Shown here: positions 9,156 through 19,882 of the stretch, piece by piece
How the letters are laid out: each line of letters starts with the position of its first letter
How positions within the stretch are numbered: the first letter of the stretch is position 1
Origin: a virus
Lineage: Duplodnaviria; Heunggongvirae; Uroviricota; Caudoviricetes
DNA length: 64,000 bases
Virus record (IMG/VR): IMGVR_UViG_3300037455_000543
Location: 251,136 to 315,135 of that record
Direction: 5' to 3' (one strand)
Notes under the pieces: generated by a model
The model's input: the letters and a program-made list of their open reading frames with translations, nothing else
Told to the model about the DNA's origin: nothing
Databases searched by the model: none
Position numbers and translations under genes: made by a program

Positions 9156-9816
9156 TATAGAAAAGAAACTTAATAATGTTGAGGTCGATGCTCCTGAAAC
9201 TGATGAAACTCAGCAGCAAGATCCAAATGAACCTCAGCCCGTGAATCTTGGTGAACTCGGTAATTATTTTGATATTGTTCGTAATAACTATTTTGAAGTA
9301 AATCGTGTTATCTTTATTATTGGCCCAATTACATGGGAAAATATGATTCATGTCATTCAGAAGCTTTCCTTCTACGATGACGGTTCTAAGAATCCGATTA
9401 CAATTTATATTTCTTCTCCTGGCGGTGAATGTGATGCTGGTTTTGCAGTAATCGACTGTATGAATAAGCTTAAGTCAAAGGGTATTGTTATTAATACAAT
9501 TTGCATGGGTTCTTGTTCTTCTATGGCCTCCGTTATTCTTGCAAGTGGCACTATTGGTAATCGTTATGCATTCCCGTCTTCGAGAATTATGATTCATCAG
9601 GCTGGTATTGAAGCTACTGGTGGTAAACTTCAGGATATTCAGATTATTCAGCATGAACTTCAGGTTTGGACCGACTGTATGAATAAGATTTTTAAGAAAC
9701 AGACAAATAAAACAATCGATGAACTTAAGCAACTTACTTCATTCGATAATTATATGTCTGCATCTGAAGCTAAACGAATTGGTCTTGTTGACCATGTAAA
9801 TGCGAAAATGGTATGA
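9124..9816 (+). CDS. clpP: ClpP-family serine protease
   Basis: YISSPGG, CSSMAS (Ser), RIMIHQ (His), FDNYMSASEA (Asp), GLVD. Confidence 0.92.
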   Translation: MFLNDTKQQSNIEKKLNNVEVDAPETDETQQQDPNEPQPVNLGELGNYFDIVRNNYFEVNRVIFIIGPITWENMIHVIQKLSFYDDGSKNPITIYISSPGGECDAGFAVIDCMNKLKSKGIVINTICMGSCSSMASVILASGTIGNRYAFPSSRIMIHQAGIEATGGKLQDIQIIQHELQVWTDCMNKIFKKQTNKTIDELKQLTSFDNYMSASEAKRIGLVDHVNAKMV

Positions 9817-10067
9817 TTAAAGAAATAGTTGACAATATTTTATCAATAGATAATATAGAAGAAACTTTCTTAGGCCTTGATGATGAAGCTACGAAAGAGT
9901 ATTATGCTTTAGTAATAGCTTCTTTAGGCTATTTTAATTATTTAATTATTTCTAACGTATTTGCTGCATTATTACAGAATATAATTGCAAATGCGAAGTA
10001 TACTAATGAAAATGATTTAAATGAAATTTTCGATTATTTAATGGATTTAAGCTTAAGTGAGATTTAA
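9813..10067 (+). CDS. Hypothetical protein
   Basis: ATGA coupling to clpP. Confidence 0.55.
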   Translation: MIKEIVDNILSIDNIEETFLGLDDEATKEYYALVIASLGYFNYLIISNVFAALLQNIIANAKYTNENDLNEIFDYLMDLSLSEI

Positions 10068-10068
10068 T

Positions 10069-10473
10069 ATGGAAAAAGAAGATCACAAAAAATCATTATT
10101 GACTTATCTTAAAAATTTGTCAAAGACAACTACTACAAAAACTGAAAAAGAAAAAGACGATTATGATGGTATTAAGGCCATTATTGATTTTCTTCATATG
10201 GAAGGCGCAGAAGATTATATTCTTACTATCGCCGAAAAATTAAATTTAGAAAATACATACGATGATTTTTATGAGTTCTTTGAAAATATGGATTCTGTTT
10301 TAAATCTCATTTGTATAAAAGAATCTGAACCAGAAAGATATTATAATGTTGTTCACTATGAAAATATTTTGATAAATATTCTAGCATCTATTATGGGACT
10401 TAAATATAGAATTGTATTAAATCCAGAAGATTTATTACATCCATATTATTTAACACTATCGCGTAAATCATAA
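10069..10473 (+). CDS. Hypothetical protein
   Basis: ORF in operon. Confidence 0.6.
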   Translation: MEKEDHKKSLLTYLKNLSKTTTTKTEKEKDDYDGIKAIIDFLHMEGAEDYILTIAEKLNLENTYDDFYEFFENMDSVLNLICIKESEPERYYNVVHYENILINILASIMGLKYRIVLNPEDLLHPYYLTLSRKS

Positions 10474-10510
10474 AAAGACAATTATAAATATATAAAATTG
10501 GTATTGAATA

Positions 10511-11566
10511 ATGGAAAGTGATTTCTTAAGATATTATCATAGTGAAGGTATGAAACGCGCTGCTACCGAAGAAGAACAATTGGCTCTTCATAAAAAGCAG
10601 ATGGCTATGGAATCTAAAAAGCATCAGTTAGAAGATGATGATGACTTTTATAATGAAGATGTTTCTATGGTAGAAGCCACACGTACAAATGTGCCACCTA
10701 GAAAGCTTCCGCCAAAGAAACCTGTTGCTCCTGCTCCGAGACCAGCTCCGCAACCGGCGCCACGTCCAGCTCCTGCGCCAGCGCCAGTATCTCAGGCAAC
10801 ACGTGTGCGTACACGCGCAACATCACAAATGGATGAAGCTCTTGCAATGATTGATAAAATCACTGACAAGATTACAAGTATGTTTTTTAAATACGGTTTT
10901 GATGGTCTTGAAAAAATTAGCCGTCATTTAAATGAGGATATTGAAGACATTGTAAATCCGCAGCCTGTTTATCGTGAAGATACAAATGCATATAATGTAA
11001 ATGATGAACGTATTTATGAACTTGAAGAAGAAAATAGAAAGCTTCGTAAGTTAATCGAAAAACAGATTGCCTTTAATCAAGAACAAGAAAGGCCAGTAGT
11101 TCGTAAAGAAACAAAACCTGTTATTGAAGAAACTACGATTGATGAAGAAGTTGATGATGTTCCAGAAGAAGAATTAAATGAAGAAATTGATGAAACTTAT
11201 GGAATGCCTGAAACTGATAATAAGAAATTAAACGAAAAATTTATTTCCATGAATGAAAACATGGATATTAATGCTCTGGGAGCATCTTTGTCTCAGCAAG
11301 CTGCAATTCAAAGGCGTACTGAATCTGCTGGTGATACCAGATTAGCTCAAGTACAGGCTCGTGCAGAAATGCTCCAAAATTCAATCAATAAAAAGGTTGA
11401 TGAAAAAATAGCGTCTACAGAAGAACAACAAGCAGAATCATTTGTACAATCTGAAGAACTGGAAATAGTCGACGTAGAAGAACCGACACAACCAGTTGAA
11501 AATGTGAAGTCTACACCTGCTGCAAAATCTACTAAAAAAGTGTCTAAGAAGAAAAAGTCTAAATAA
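10511..11566 (+). CDS. Acidic coiled-coil late protein with PAPRPAP repeats
   Basis: TATAAATA at 10483-10490; low-complexity composition. Confidence 0.65.
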   Translation: MESDFLRYYHSEGMKRAATEEEQLALHKKQMAMESKKHQLEDDDDFYNEDVSMVEATRTNVPPRKLPPKKPVAPAPRPAPQPAPRPAPAPAPVSQATRVRTRATSQMDEALAMIDKITDKITSMFFKYGFDGLEKISRHLNEDIEDIVNPQPVYREDTNAYNVNDERIYELEEENRKLRKLIEKQIAFNQEQERPVVRKETKPVIEETTIDEEVDDVPEEELNEEIDETYGMPETDNKKLNEKFISMNENMDINALGASLSQQAAIQRRTESAGDTRLAQVQARAEMLQNSINKKVDEKIASTEEQQAESFVQSEELEIVDVEEPTQPVENVKSTPAAKSTKKVSKKKKSK

Positions 11567-11829
11567 TGAAAAATAAAAATAAAAATAAAAAAGATCTGAA
11601 ACCTAAGTCTGAAAAAACTAACATTTCTGAAGTGGAGGTAGAGGGAACAGTAATAGAAGCTAGACCCAATGCCATGTTCGATGTGAAGCTAGACAACGAT
11701 AACGTAGTTCTATGTACAATTTGCGGTAAGATAAGAGTTAATCGAATTCGAATCTTGCCAGGTGATCGCGTTAAAGTAGGTCTGAGCATATATGATTTAA
11801 AGAAAGGGAGAATACTTTTTAGATTATGA
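11566..11829 (+). CDS. infA: Translation initiation factor IF-1
   Basis: [21 protein letters not shown]...[35 protein letters not shown]. Confidence 0.95.
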   Translation: MKNKNKNKKDLKPKSEKTNISEVEVEGTVIEARPNAMFDVKLDNDNVVLCTICGKIRVNRIRILPGDRVKVGLSIYDLKKGRILFRL

Positions 11830-12056
11830 TTCCGGAATATAAAAGAGATAAAGCTAATCCAATTAATATTGAAACAGCATTGCAAGATTTACCAGAAATC
11901 GCTGCTCTTGCTGCACAACAGGACACATGGTCGCAATATGAGCAACCTGCTGATTTCTCTGATATCCCGCCAGAATATCAAAAGTTAATTCCTGATAACG
12001 TTCGCAAAAATCAAGAAGATACGCGAATATATAATATTTGGTTAACAAAACAATAA
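11826..12056 (+). CDS. Hypothetical protein
   Basis: ATGA coupling to infA. Confidence 0.55.
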   Translation: MIPEYKRDKANPINIETALQDLPEIAALAAQQDTWSQYEQPADFSDIPPEYQKLIPDNVRKNQEDTRIYNIWLTKQ

Positions 12057-12074
12057 AATAAGAGGTAAAAAATT

Positions 12075-12278
12075 ATGCAAAACGGTAATAACTTTAATGA
12101 TGCAGTTGACTCTGAAGATGTTCTTGTCAATTCTGTTCGTGCAATCAAGCTCTACATCATTGCTCGTATGGATGAAGCCAAGAAGGATAAGACCCCGGAA
12201 CCTATGCTTAAGTTTAAGGAAGGTTACATTAAGGGTCTTGAAGATATCCAGGCATTCGTCAAGAAACTTAGCATTTAA
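12075..12278 (+). CDS. Hypothetical protein
   Basis: GAGG SD; followed by hairpin at ~12296-12328. Confidence 0.65.
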   Translation: MQNGNNFNDAVDSEDVLVNSVRAIKLYIIARMDEAKKDKTPEPMLKFKEGYIKGLEDIQAFVKKLSI

Positions 12279-12385
12279 TTAAGATTTCCAATTAAAAGTT
12301 CATGGTTCTTTCGGACCATGAATTTTTTCTATATTTAATTTGCAAATCCGTATAATACAGCGAGTTGAAGGATAAAAAATAAAAA

Positions 12386-15300
12386 ATGGAAGCATTTAAA
12401 AATTGTTATTATGACGCATATCATAAGACAATATATTTGAAAGAACAACATACAAAAGGTTGGTCAAAATTCAAGTATCAACCATGGTGTTATATAACAG
12501 ACACCACACAGAAATCAAATATATTGGACATTTATAAGCGTCCTGTTATGAAATATGAGTACAAGGACAAGTCAGTCATTGATGCTCTAAAACAAAATCC
12601 AGACATGATTGTTGCTGAATCTGACTTAAAACCAGAAGTCAAATTCATGCATGAAAGATACGATAAAGAAGATTTAAAAGTCGACATTGACGACTGGAAT
12701 ATTGGTCTTTTCGATATCGAAGTCGCGGGTTCATCAAAATTCTATGATACTCATATGATTGAGATCCGTGACTTAGAAAAAGGTAAATTCGAATCAATCG
12801 AATTATTCATTTTCGATACAAGATATAAAAAAGAAGATTGGGAAGTTTTTGATATAGAAAAGAAATGTTGGGTTAAGTATATTAATTCATGCTATGTTTC
12901 TTATGAATTCCCAGCCCCTGAAAAAGCCGATTGGCCGATTAATCTTATTTCTTTATATTCTACCAAGGATAAGAAACTTTATACTTGGGGAACTAAGCCA
13001 TATGATGACTTAGATGAACCTATTGATAATTATTTGTATTGTAGAACTGAAGTAGACCTTGTTCGTAATTTTATGAAATGGTTTGCTCGTCAAGATTTTG
13101 ATATGCTTTCGGGTTGGAACTCAGAAGCATACGATATTCCGTATATTTGTAATAGATGTGCTAAGTTAAGAAAAATTAATAATGTTCAGACTGAATGGGA
13201 ATGTTGTTTAAGTCCGTTCAATAAGCTCCCTGAAAGACACGATATCAAGGACAGAAAGCTTGAAGATGTTGACCTTGGTGCAACCTTTACTATTCCTGGC
13301 TTGTATTTAATTGACTTTATGAAATTGTATAAGACGTTTGGCAATCATCCGCCTCTTCCGTCTTATTCTTTGAACTATATTGCTGCACGTGAACTCAGCG
13401 ATGGAAAATTAAAATATGAAGGCTCCATCAATGAAGTATATAAAGACCAATGGTGTAAGTTTGTTCGATATAACAGAAAAGACGTTACCATTCTGGTTGA
13501 TTTGTTCTATAAACTTAAACTCTTTGAATTAATTATTGAATATGCATTTAACTGTATTGTCACCGTTGATAAAGTTGAAAACAAAGTACCTACGACGACC
13601 GGCTACTTTATTAAGTTCCTTCATGCCACTGGACGTGTTCTTAACGACAAGAAAGAAGAACACATCGACTGGTGGACGAGAGAAGAATGCTATAAGGTAA
13701 AACAGAAAGACGGCTCTATTTATTATCAGAACACAGAATGGGAAAATACTGAAGAATTCAAGAAGTATCTTCTCAAATATGACATGTATAAGCACTTGAA
13801 GACTGAAGAAGAAATCAAGCCTCAAGTTTTAAATATCTGGAAACCTAAGAAAATAAATGGTGTTCAGTATAATGCATGGCAGATGTTCAACCGTGATTTG
13901 GAAGACTTTAAAGAATGGCCGCATCCATTCCCTGAATTCCAGGTAAAGGCAGGTTATTGTTATGACTTCCCGGGCAGATTCGATGACGATATGTCATTCG
14001 ATATTACCTCGTCATATCCGCATCATATTATGATGTTTAACATGTCTCCTGAAACTAAGGTTATTCGTCCTACTCGTTCTCAGATTGAATCTGGTGAAGT
14101 CATTATGACAGACGTTGCAGAAGTCGGATTCTTAAGAACCGATGACGCAATTATGCCTAATGTCATTAAGCAAGTCTTTGATGAAAGAAAGGTTTGGAAA
14201 CAGAAGGAAGAAGAAGCTATTGAAGCTGGCGACAAGGAAATGGAAAACCTTTGTCATAACAGACAGCAGATTAAGAAGCTTATCATTAACAGTATGTATG
14301 GTGTTTCTCTTGCACAAGGCTTCCACTTCTATGACCCGGATATCGCACGTTGTATTTGTCGTTGTGCTCGTGTAACTCTTCGTGACTGGTTATCTCGTTA
14401 TTGTAATGAATACTATGTTTCTACTAAGATGATTAAGGATATTGAAAAGTATTTCAATATTACTCTCAAGAACAAGACTCCGTTAAAGCTCACAAACCGT
14501 GACTTTGCTATTGTCCATAACGATACTGATAGCTGTTACATTTGTGTTCATGAACTTAGAGAACGACTCATCGAAGAAGGCATTTATTCTAACAGGAAAA
14601 CTAAGCCACTACTTCATCCAGTAGACGGAATGACTGACCAAGAACTCGATGCAATGCATAAGAAGAATCGTGAAATCATGGACTACAATAAATCCGTAGC
14701 AGATGAATATCGTGACTTCTTTAGCCATGCAGAAAATATGTTCCAAGATTTCTTTAATCAGGTTCTTGAAATCAGAGCGAAGAAATCGAAGGTCAAACAG
14801 CTTATCAAGTTCAACCGTGAAAATATCTTTAGCAACATGTTCTGCTTTGCAAAGAAACTCTATATCGGTTCTGTTGTCGATAGCGAAGGTGCATTATATC
14901 CGTTAGAAGGTATCGATAAGGAAGTTCTTACCGAAGAAGAAAAGGCATCATTGCCGAAATCTATGCTTAAGCATCCGGAAGGACCTAAGCACAAGATCAT
15001 GGGTGTGCCTATTAAGAAATCCACGATGCCTGACTTCTGTAAGATAGCTGCGGAAAAACTAGCATTCGACATTTCTGCTGGTATGTCTAAGGAAGATGCT
15101 GACGAATTTATTATGAAGGTTTATGAGCAATATCGTAATAGTGATATTAACGATATTTCCGCCGTTATCGGTATTTCTAACTACAAGAAATATATTCCTC
15201 ATGATATCGACTATTACGTGAAGAATGGTCTTGAATTCGAAAAAGGCAAGAACGCATCCGTTATTTTCGGTGCAAAAGCAGCATTAACTTATAACTATAT

Positions 15301-15610
15301 TCTTGCGAAGAAGAAGTTTAAGTTGACGCCAATTCAAAACAATTCCAAGATGAAATACATCTACGTAAAGCCAAATAACGAATTCAAATACAAGAATTTG
15401 GATAAGCATACGATAGAGCCTGTAACATTCGTCGCATTCGTCGACCAGTGGCCAAAGGAATTTGACAACCTGTTCGAGATTGACCATGAGACTATGTTCA
15501 GAAAATCCTTCTGTGCATTGTTTGAATCGATGTATGAGATTAATAAATGGCTAGAGCCTGGAAAACATCTTACCTTGGAAAAATCGACCCTGTGTGACCT
15601 ATTCTGTTAA
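12386..15610 (+). CDS. Family B DNA polymerase (T4 gp43-like)
   Basis: ExoI FDIE, ExoII GWNSEAYDIPY, ExoIII YNRKDV; motifs DITSSYP, KLIINSMYG, NDTDS; clamp-binding-like tail TLCDLFC. Confidence 0.95.
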   Translation: MEAFKNCYYDAYHKTIYLKEQHTKGWSKFKYQPWCYITDTTQKSNILDIYKRPVMKYEYKDKSVIDALKQNPDMIVAESDLKPEVKFMHERYDKEDLKVDIDDWNIGLFDIEVAGSSKFYDTHMIEIRDLEKGKFESIELFIFDTRYKKEDWEVFDIEKKCWVKYINSCYVSYEFPAPEKADWPINLISLYSTKDKKLYTWGTKPYDDLDEPIDNYLYCRTEVDLVRNFMKWFARQDFDMLSGWNSEAYDIPYICNRCAKLRKINNVQTEWECCLSPFNKLPERHDIKDRKLEDVDLGATFTIPGLYLIDFMKLYKTFGNHPPLPSYSLNYIAARELSDGKLKYEGSINEVYKDQWCKFVRYNRKDVTILVDLFYKLKLFELIIEYAFNCIVTVDKVENKVPTTTGYFIKFLHATGRVLNDKKEEHIDWWTREECYKVKQKDGSIYYQNTEWENTEEFKKYLLKYDMYKHLKTEEEIKPQVLNIWKPKKINGVQYNAWQMFNRDLEDFKEWPHPFPEFQVKAGYCYDFPGRFDDDMSFDITSSYPHHIMMFNMSPETKVIRPTRSQIESGEVIMTDVAEVGFLRTDDAIMPNVIKQVFDERKVWKQKEEEAIEAGDKEMENLCHNRQQIKKLIINSMYGVSLAQGFHFYDPDIARCICRCARVTLRDWLSRYCNEYYVSTKMIKDIEKYFNITLKNKTPLKLTNRDFAIVHNDTDSCYICVHELRERLIEEGIYSNRKTKPLLHPVDGMTDQELDAMHKKNREIMDYNKSVADEYRDFFSHAENMFQDFFNQVLEIRAKKSKVKQLIKFNRENIFSNMFCFAKKLYIGSVVDSEGALYPLEGIDKEVLTEEEKASLPKSMLKHPEGPKHKIMGVPIKKSTMPDFCKIAAEKLAFDISAGMSKEDADEFIMKVYEQYRNSDINDISAVIGISNYKKYIPHDIDYYVKNGLEFEKGKNASVIFGAKAALTYNYILAKKKFKLTPIQNNSKMKYIYVKPNNEFKYKNLDKHTIEPVTFVAFVDQWPKEFDNLFEIDHETMFRKSFCALFESMYEINKWLEPGKHLTLEKSTLCDLFC

Positions 15611-15613
15611 AAT

Positions 15614-15640
15614 AAAGGCTGTTTTACAACAGCCTTTTTT
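15614..15640 (+). terminator. Intrinsic terminator
   Basis: aaaggctgtt-ttac-aacagcctttttt. Confidence 0.8.
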
Positions 15641-15654
15641 ATTATAAATAATAT

Positions 15655-18519
15655 ATGAAAAATTTATTACTTGAATCTATTGACAATGAAAGTAGAAAAG
15701 CTGCAGTAAGCTTTTTGAAGAATAATTTCAAACGTTGTTTTACATTAGATAAGCAAGATTTGCCAGAAGATGAAAAGCAAAAATTATGTCAAGAATATGT
15801 AAAATCGGTCGAACTTAGATACTGTGTTCCTTGGGATGCAGGTGGATGTAACTGGACAAAAGCCTTGATTATGGCTATTACCAGAATTCTTAAGCTCGAA
15901 TGTAACCATGAAACATCAAGACCGACAAACCAGCGTATGATTGAACGCCTTAAAAAGGTTTCTTTCGCAGCAATGATGTATAGGCAGAAACAGGTCTGGG
16001 ACGGTGTTCCGAAAGAACAAATTATTTCCAAAGATGCCAATGGCATGAACTTCTACCAGTTGTCCGCTCTTGTTATGCCGATGTATAACGAATTGCTTGA
16101 TATCTATAATAACGGTTATGGTGAAGCTTGGCCAGGTAAAGAAGGTCAACTCGAAGTTGCAACTAGAAGAAAGGCTGAAAAAGAAGCAGCTGATAGACGT
16201 AGATATGAAGAACTTACCGCAAAAGCAGAAGCAGGTGAACAGCTTACTGCTGAAGAGCAAGCATTTGTTGATAGAATAAAAGCAAAAATTGAACAGTTAA
16301 ATGCACAAGCTGCACAAGCTGCACAACAGGCCGCTGCACCTCAAGCTGAAGAACAGGCCGCGGACGATGACGATGAAGAAGATGCAGATGATCCATGGGC
16401 AGAAGATAATGGATTTACTGCTGAACATCCGAGACCTTATATGAAAGGTCGTTTCAGAATTGGTAATACTGGTTATTGGGCAGTAAGAATCGATACATAT
16501 GAACAGTCAAAAACTTGGTGGTGGTGGACATATCCTAACTGTCCATATCCGACAGCAATTGACCATACTTGGTGTATTACTAACCCGAATTCCAGAAACT
16601 TCTTCTATTATGGTATCGGTACTTCTGTAACTGCATACTACGTATTTAAGGAAGGCTTCGAAAAACTTACTAGACCTAATCATTCCGCCAGTGCTCCATA
16701 TGATGAATGGGGTAAGAGTTTGATGTGTATCATGATTAATAGTAGCTTCAATAATAGAAGCACAGAAGTTCATGTATGTGCATCCCGTTATAATCAGGCA
16801 ACACCAGAAAACCGCCACGCAAACGGCCCTGGTTACAGTAACTACTTCTATGAAAAGAAAGTATCGAAGTTATGCGAATTGTTCGGCTGCGACAAACAGG
16901 ATATCTACGATAAATTTGTCTATAAATTAGCGAACCAGGCACAACAAGATGCTACTGCGCCTAATGAAAAAGAAACGACAAAGATTCTAAACAATTTGAA
17001 TAACTGTAATTATATGGATGTCGGAACAGAAATGATATGTCCATATAATGGTTGTGAAGCTGATGGTGCTAGAATACTTAATAAAGATGGCTATTATGCA
17101 GTCTATTATCAAGGCGCTATCGTAACGCCGTGGGTTAAAACACTTAGCCGATATACGACGAACAAAAATGTTTATTTGTATTATTATCTTGATGATAAAT
17201 TATACATAACTAATATAAACGGTAAGCCAATATTTAACGACGCATTAGACAAGAATTGGAGCTTCGATACATATGATAATGACAGAATTATGGTATTAAA
17301 GAATCAAAATAAAAATACATTCTTAGTCTATAATTTAATGACAAAAACTTGGGCTACTGATAGACCAGTATATGGTAAGCTTAAAACCGTCATATATCCA
17401 TATATAGGTCTTACTGATGGAACAATGTATCTATATTCTTCAGTAAAAAATAAGCTTATCGATATAACCGAAAAAGTTAGCCCGTTAATGCGTAATCCGG
17501 GTGATAACATGTATGCTATTTCTGGTTCTAAAAACTTTATTAAATATAGAGATAAAATATATTTAGCAAAGACTGGCGAAATTGTAAACTTCTCTAATGT
17601 AACTACTACTCGTCCAGACTATATTTATTCTAGCTATGATAATGCCCTGTTAACACCAGATGGCACTAAATTAGATATAGCTCGATATAAACAAAACTTG
17701 GCAAATGACGGTTATACAAATCTTGATACGTATTGTAGCACGACATCAGATACCGGAAAATCGTATATTATGGTTTATGGCAGAAAGAACAACAATAAAA
17801 CTGTCAAATATTGTGTTATCAGTACGGATGGTACTACAAAAGAATTAGTTGTTGAATGCCCAGATGGCTATTCAATGACAAATAATCCAACAGCACGTAT
17901 CTATACTATCAGAACAATCAATGGCGATAAAATCATTAAGATTGATAAGGACAATAAGCCTGTATTGATGGGTGAAATGAGCGGAAAATATAACGAGGTT
18001 TATGGAAATGGTAATCATGTATACTTTGTCGTAAAAATCAATAGACATAGAGCAAAGGTATATAATGAAGATTGTAAAGTTGTATTTACTGTTCCTGACA
18101 ATCTCGAAATGCGCACCAGAATCAATAGAGTCGATAACACAGTAGATGGTAATATAATAAGAGTTGCAACTCAACATGGTACCTTCTTGTCATGGACAAA
18201 AACTGGAGCTACTGTTCCTATCATAGGTTCAGATATCATATACATCGGTAATAACTACGTATTTACTAAATATAATGGTGAAGGCCATATATATGACGAT
18301 AGAGGTAAAGAAGTTATGTCTGGTAAGTTCAAACTTAATGCTGGATTCAATAATGAAGGTATTGCTTCTATTATAAGCACGGACGAAGAAAAGAAGATTA
18401 CTTACTTCAATACCGATAACGAGTATTCTGATTCTATCGAAGAGCTTATAGAATCTGTAAAAGTAAAGAAAAAGACTAGAACAGATTATATATTAGAAGC
18501 CGCAGCTTATTTCTGTTAA
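15655..18519 (+). CDS. Large late (probably virion) protein, paralog 1 of 3
   Basis: Shares MYRQKQ.WDG, YP.CP, WCI and (AAY/ASS)FC end with 41612 and 44507; TATAAATA-N4-ATG. Confidence 0.8.
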   Translation: MKNLLLESIDNESRKAAVSFLKNNFKRCFTLDKQDLPEDEKQKLCQEYVKSVELRYCVPWDAGGCNWTKALIMAITRILKLECNHETSRPTNQRMIERLKKVSFAAMMYRQKQVWDGVPKEQIISKDANGMNFYQLSALVMPMYNELLDIYNNGYGEAWPGKEGQLEVATRRKAEKEAADRRRYEELTAKAEAGEQLTAEEQAFVDRIKAKIEQLNAQAAQAAQQAAAPQAEEQAADDDDEEDADDPWAEDNGFTAEHPRPYMKGRFRIGNTGYWAVRIDTYEQSKTWWWWTYPNCPYPTAIDHTWCITNPNSRNFFYYGIGTSVTAYYVFKEGFEKLTRPNHSASAPYDEWGKSLMCIMINSSFNNRSTEVHVCASRYNQATPENRHANGPGYSNYFYEKKVSKLCELFGCDKQDIYDKFVYKLANQAQQDATAPNEKETTKILNNLNNCNYMDVGTEMICPYNGCEADGARILNKDGYYAVYYQGAIVTPWVKTLSRYTTNKNVYLYYYLDDKLYITNINGKPIFNDALDKNWSFDTYDNDRIMVLKNQNKNTFLVYNLMTKTWATDRPVYGKLKTVIYPYIGLTDGTMYLYSSVKNKLIDITEKVSPLMRNPGDNMYAISGSKNFIKYRDKIYLAKTGEIVNFSNVTTTRPDYIYSSYDNALLTPDGTKLDIARYKQNLANDGYTNLDTYCSTTSDTGKSYIMVYGRKNNNKTVKYCVISTDGTTKELVVECPDGYSMTNNPTARIYTIRTINGDKIIKIDKDNKPVLMGEMSGKYNEVYGNGNHVYFVVKINRHRAKVYNEDCKVVFTVPDNLEMRTRINRVDNTVDGNIIRVATQHGTFLSWTKTGATVPIIGSDIIYIGNNYVFTKYNGEGHIYDDRGKEVMSGKFKLNAGFNNEGIASIISTDEEKKITYFNTDNEYSDSIEELIESVKVKKKTRTDYILEAAAYFC

Positions 18520-18522
18520 ATA

Positions 18523-18552
18523 AAAAATGGATGCTTTAAAAGCATCCATTTT
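18523..18552. terminator. Bidirectional terminator
   Basis: aaaatggatgctt-taa-aagcatccatttt. Confidence 0.8.
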
Positions 18553-18569
18553 AATTTTATATTTTATTA

Positions 18570-19856
18570 TTACTTAGAAACGATATAACCGTTTTCTACA
18601 AGTAATCTGAGAGCTTTATTTACCTTGAAGCTTTCTTCAACAGTTGCAGCACCAGTCTTACGAGGAATATCTGTAGAAACTAATCTGTAAGTAATTTCTT
18701 CTGGCTTTCCGCCGTTTTCTTCGGCATCATCAGATTCATACTGATATACACCGTGCGCAATATATTCTCTATTACCGTCATTGATATTAATCTCAAATAC
18801 ATAGTGCTTTGCATTCTTGTCAAGATAGATAGAATCAAATCTTTCATTTGTATTAAGACCGATTGTAAGAGTTTTTCCATCCTTGCTAAATTCATTCCAG
18901 TATCTGGATTCATCTTCGCCAAGGTTAATTCCCTTAATCATATCAGTACGACTCTTTAAAGATAAGCCATGGTGAACAAAGTGCAAAACTGTGTCCTTGT
19001 CCAATCTAAATGTACCAGCTTCGACAGGCGCAATATAAGAACCACCCTTACCAATTAACTTACTATAATCACAAGCTACAATAGCGTCAGAATTATAGTT
19101 AAATCTTGTGCCATACGGAATAGTATTACCACCAACGGTTTCACCATACTGGTTATCAAATGTATTCTTCACCATTGTAATAAATTCTTGCACATCTGTT
19201 GCCTTGGTAAAGCCAAGCCATTCGTTATAGTTTCTTGCAGTAATAATCAATTCATTGACAGTATCTACAAGAATCGGAGTAGAACGCTGTCTACCAGGAA
19301 GAATAACCTTATACTGACCATCAGAAGCTTCTTCAACTCTCGGTGCAAATGCTTCAAGTGCCTTTTTAACAGTTGCCTTGAATTCAGTTTTACCACGAAG
19401 TGTCTTAAGGTCTTTTACTTTAAGCTGTTCGATAAATTTCGCAGCATGTCTTGGACCGAAACCCGGTTGTGGATTAGGCGTAGTAAATCTGGTTCCATTT
19501 TCATAAACATATTTAAGAACCTTAGGCCAGCTTACAATATAAACAAGTTCAGGAACATCAGCTTCGACTGCTTCTACTAGAGCACTAAGGAAATCAAATA
19601 AGTTGGTCAAAAACTTATCGCTAAGAAGTCTTGACTTATTTGAGCCCATCATAACGGCATCATACATCTTATTTAATCTTGCGATTTTTTCACGAACGAT
19701 GTCAAACTGGTTTACGTCACCACCTTTTACACTTACTGCCTTTTTAGCTGGCAAGTCTAAAAACTGATAGAATGAAGGAAGACCGCCAATACCCATAAAT
19801 TCCTTTTCGAATTTACCAGCGGCTTCATCGAGTAAAAATTTCTTAAATTCTTCCAT
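18570..19856 (-). CDS. Late hypothetical protein, probable internal head protein
   Basis: MEEFKKFLLDE start; C-terminal ALRLLVENGYIV; late box at 19880-19887. Confidence 0.7.
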   Translation of the reverse strand: MEEFKKFLLDEAAGKFEKEFMGIGGLPSFYQFLDLPAKKAVSVKGGDVNQFDIVREKIARLNKMYDAVMMGSNKSRLLSDKFLTNLFDFLSALVEAVEADVPELVYIVSWPKVLKYVYENGTRFTTPNPQPGFGPRHAAKFIEQLKVKDLKTLRGKTEFKATVKKALEAFAPRVEEASDGQYKVILPGRQRSTPILVDTVNELIITARNYNEWLGFTKATDVQEFITMVKNTFDNQYGETVGGNTIPYGTRFNYNSDAIVACDYSKLIGKGGSYIAPVEAGTFRLDKDTVLHFVHHGLSLKSRTDMIKGINLGEDESRYWNEFSKDGKTLTIGLNTNERFDSIYLDKNAKHYVFEININDGNREYIAHGVYQYESDDAEENGGKPEEITYRLVSTDIPRKTGAATVEESFKVNKALRLLVENGYIVSK

Positions 19857-19882
19857 ATTTAATCCTTTTAAATTTATATTAT

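Noticed and set aside
12386-15610. Intein in the DNA polymerase
   Set aside because: Inserts are short and lack intein splice-junction or LAGLIDADG motifs; the HN lies within motif C.
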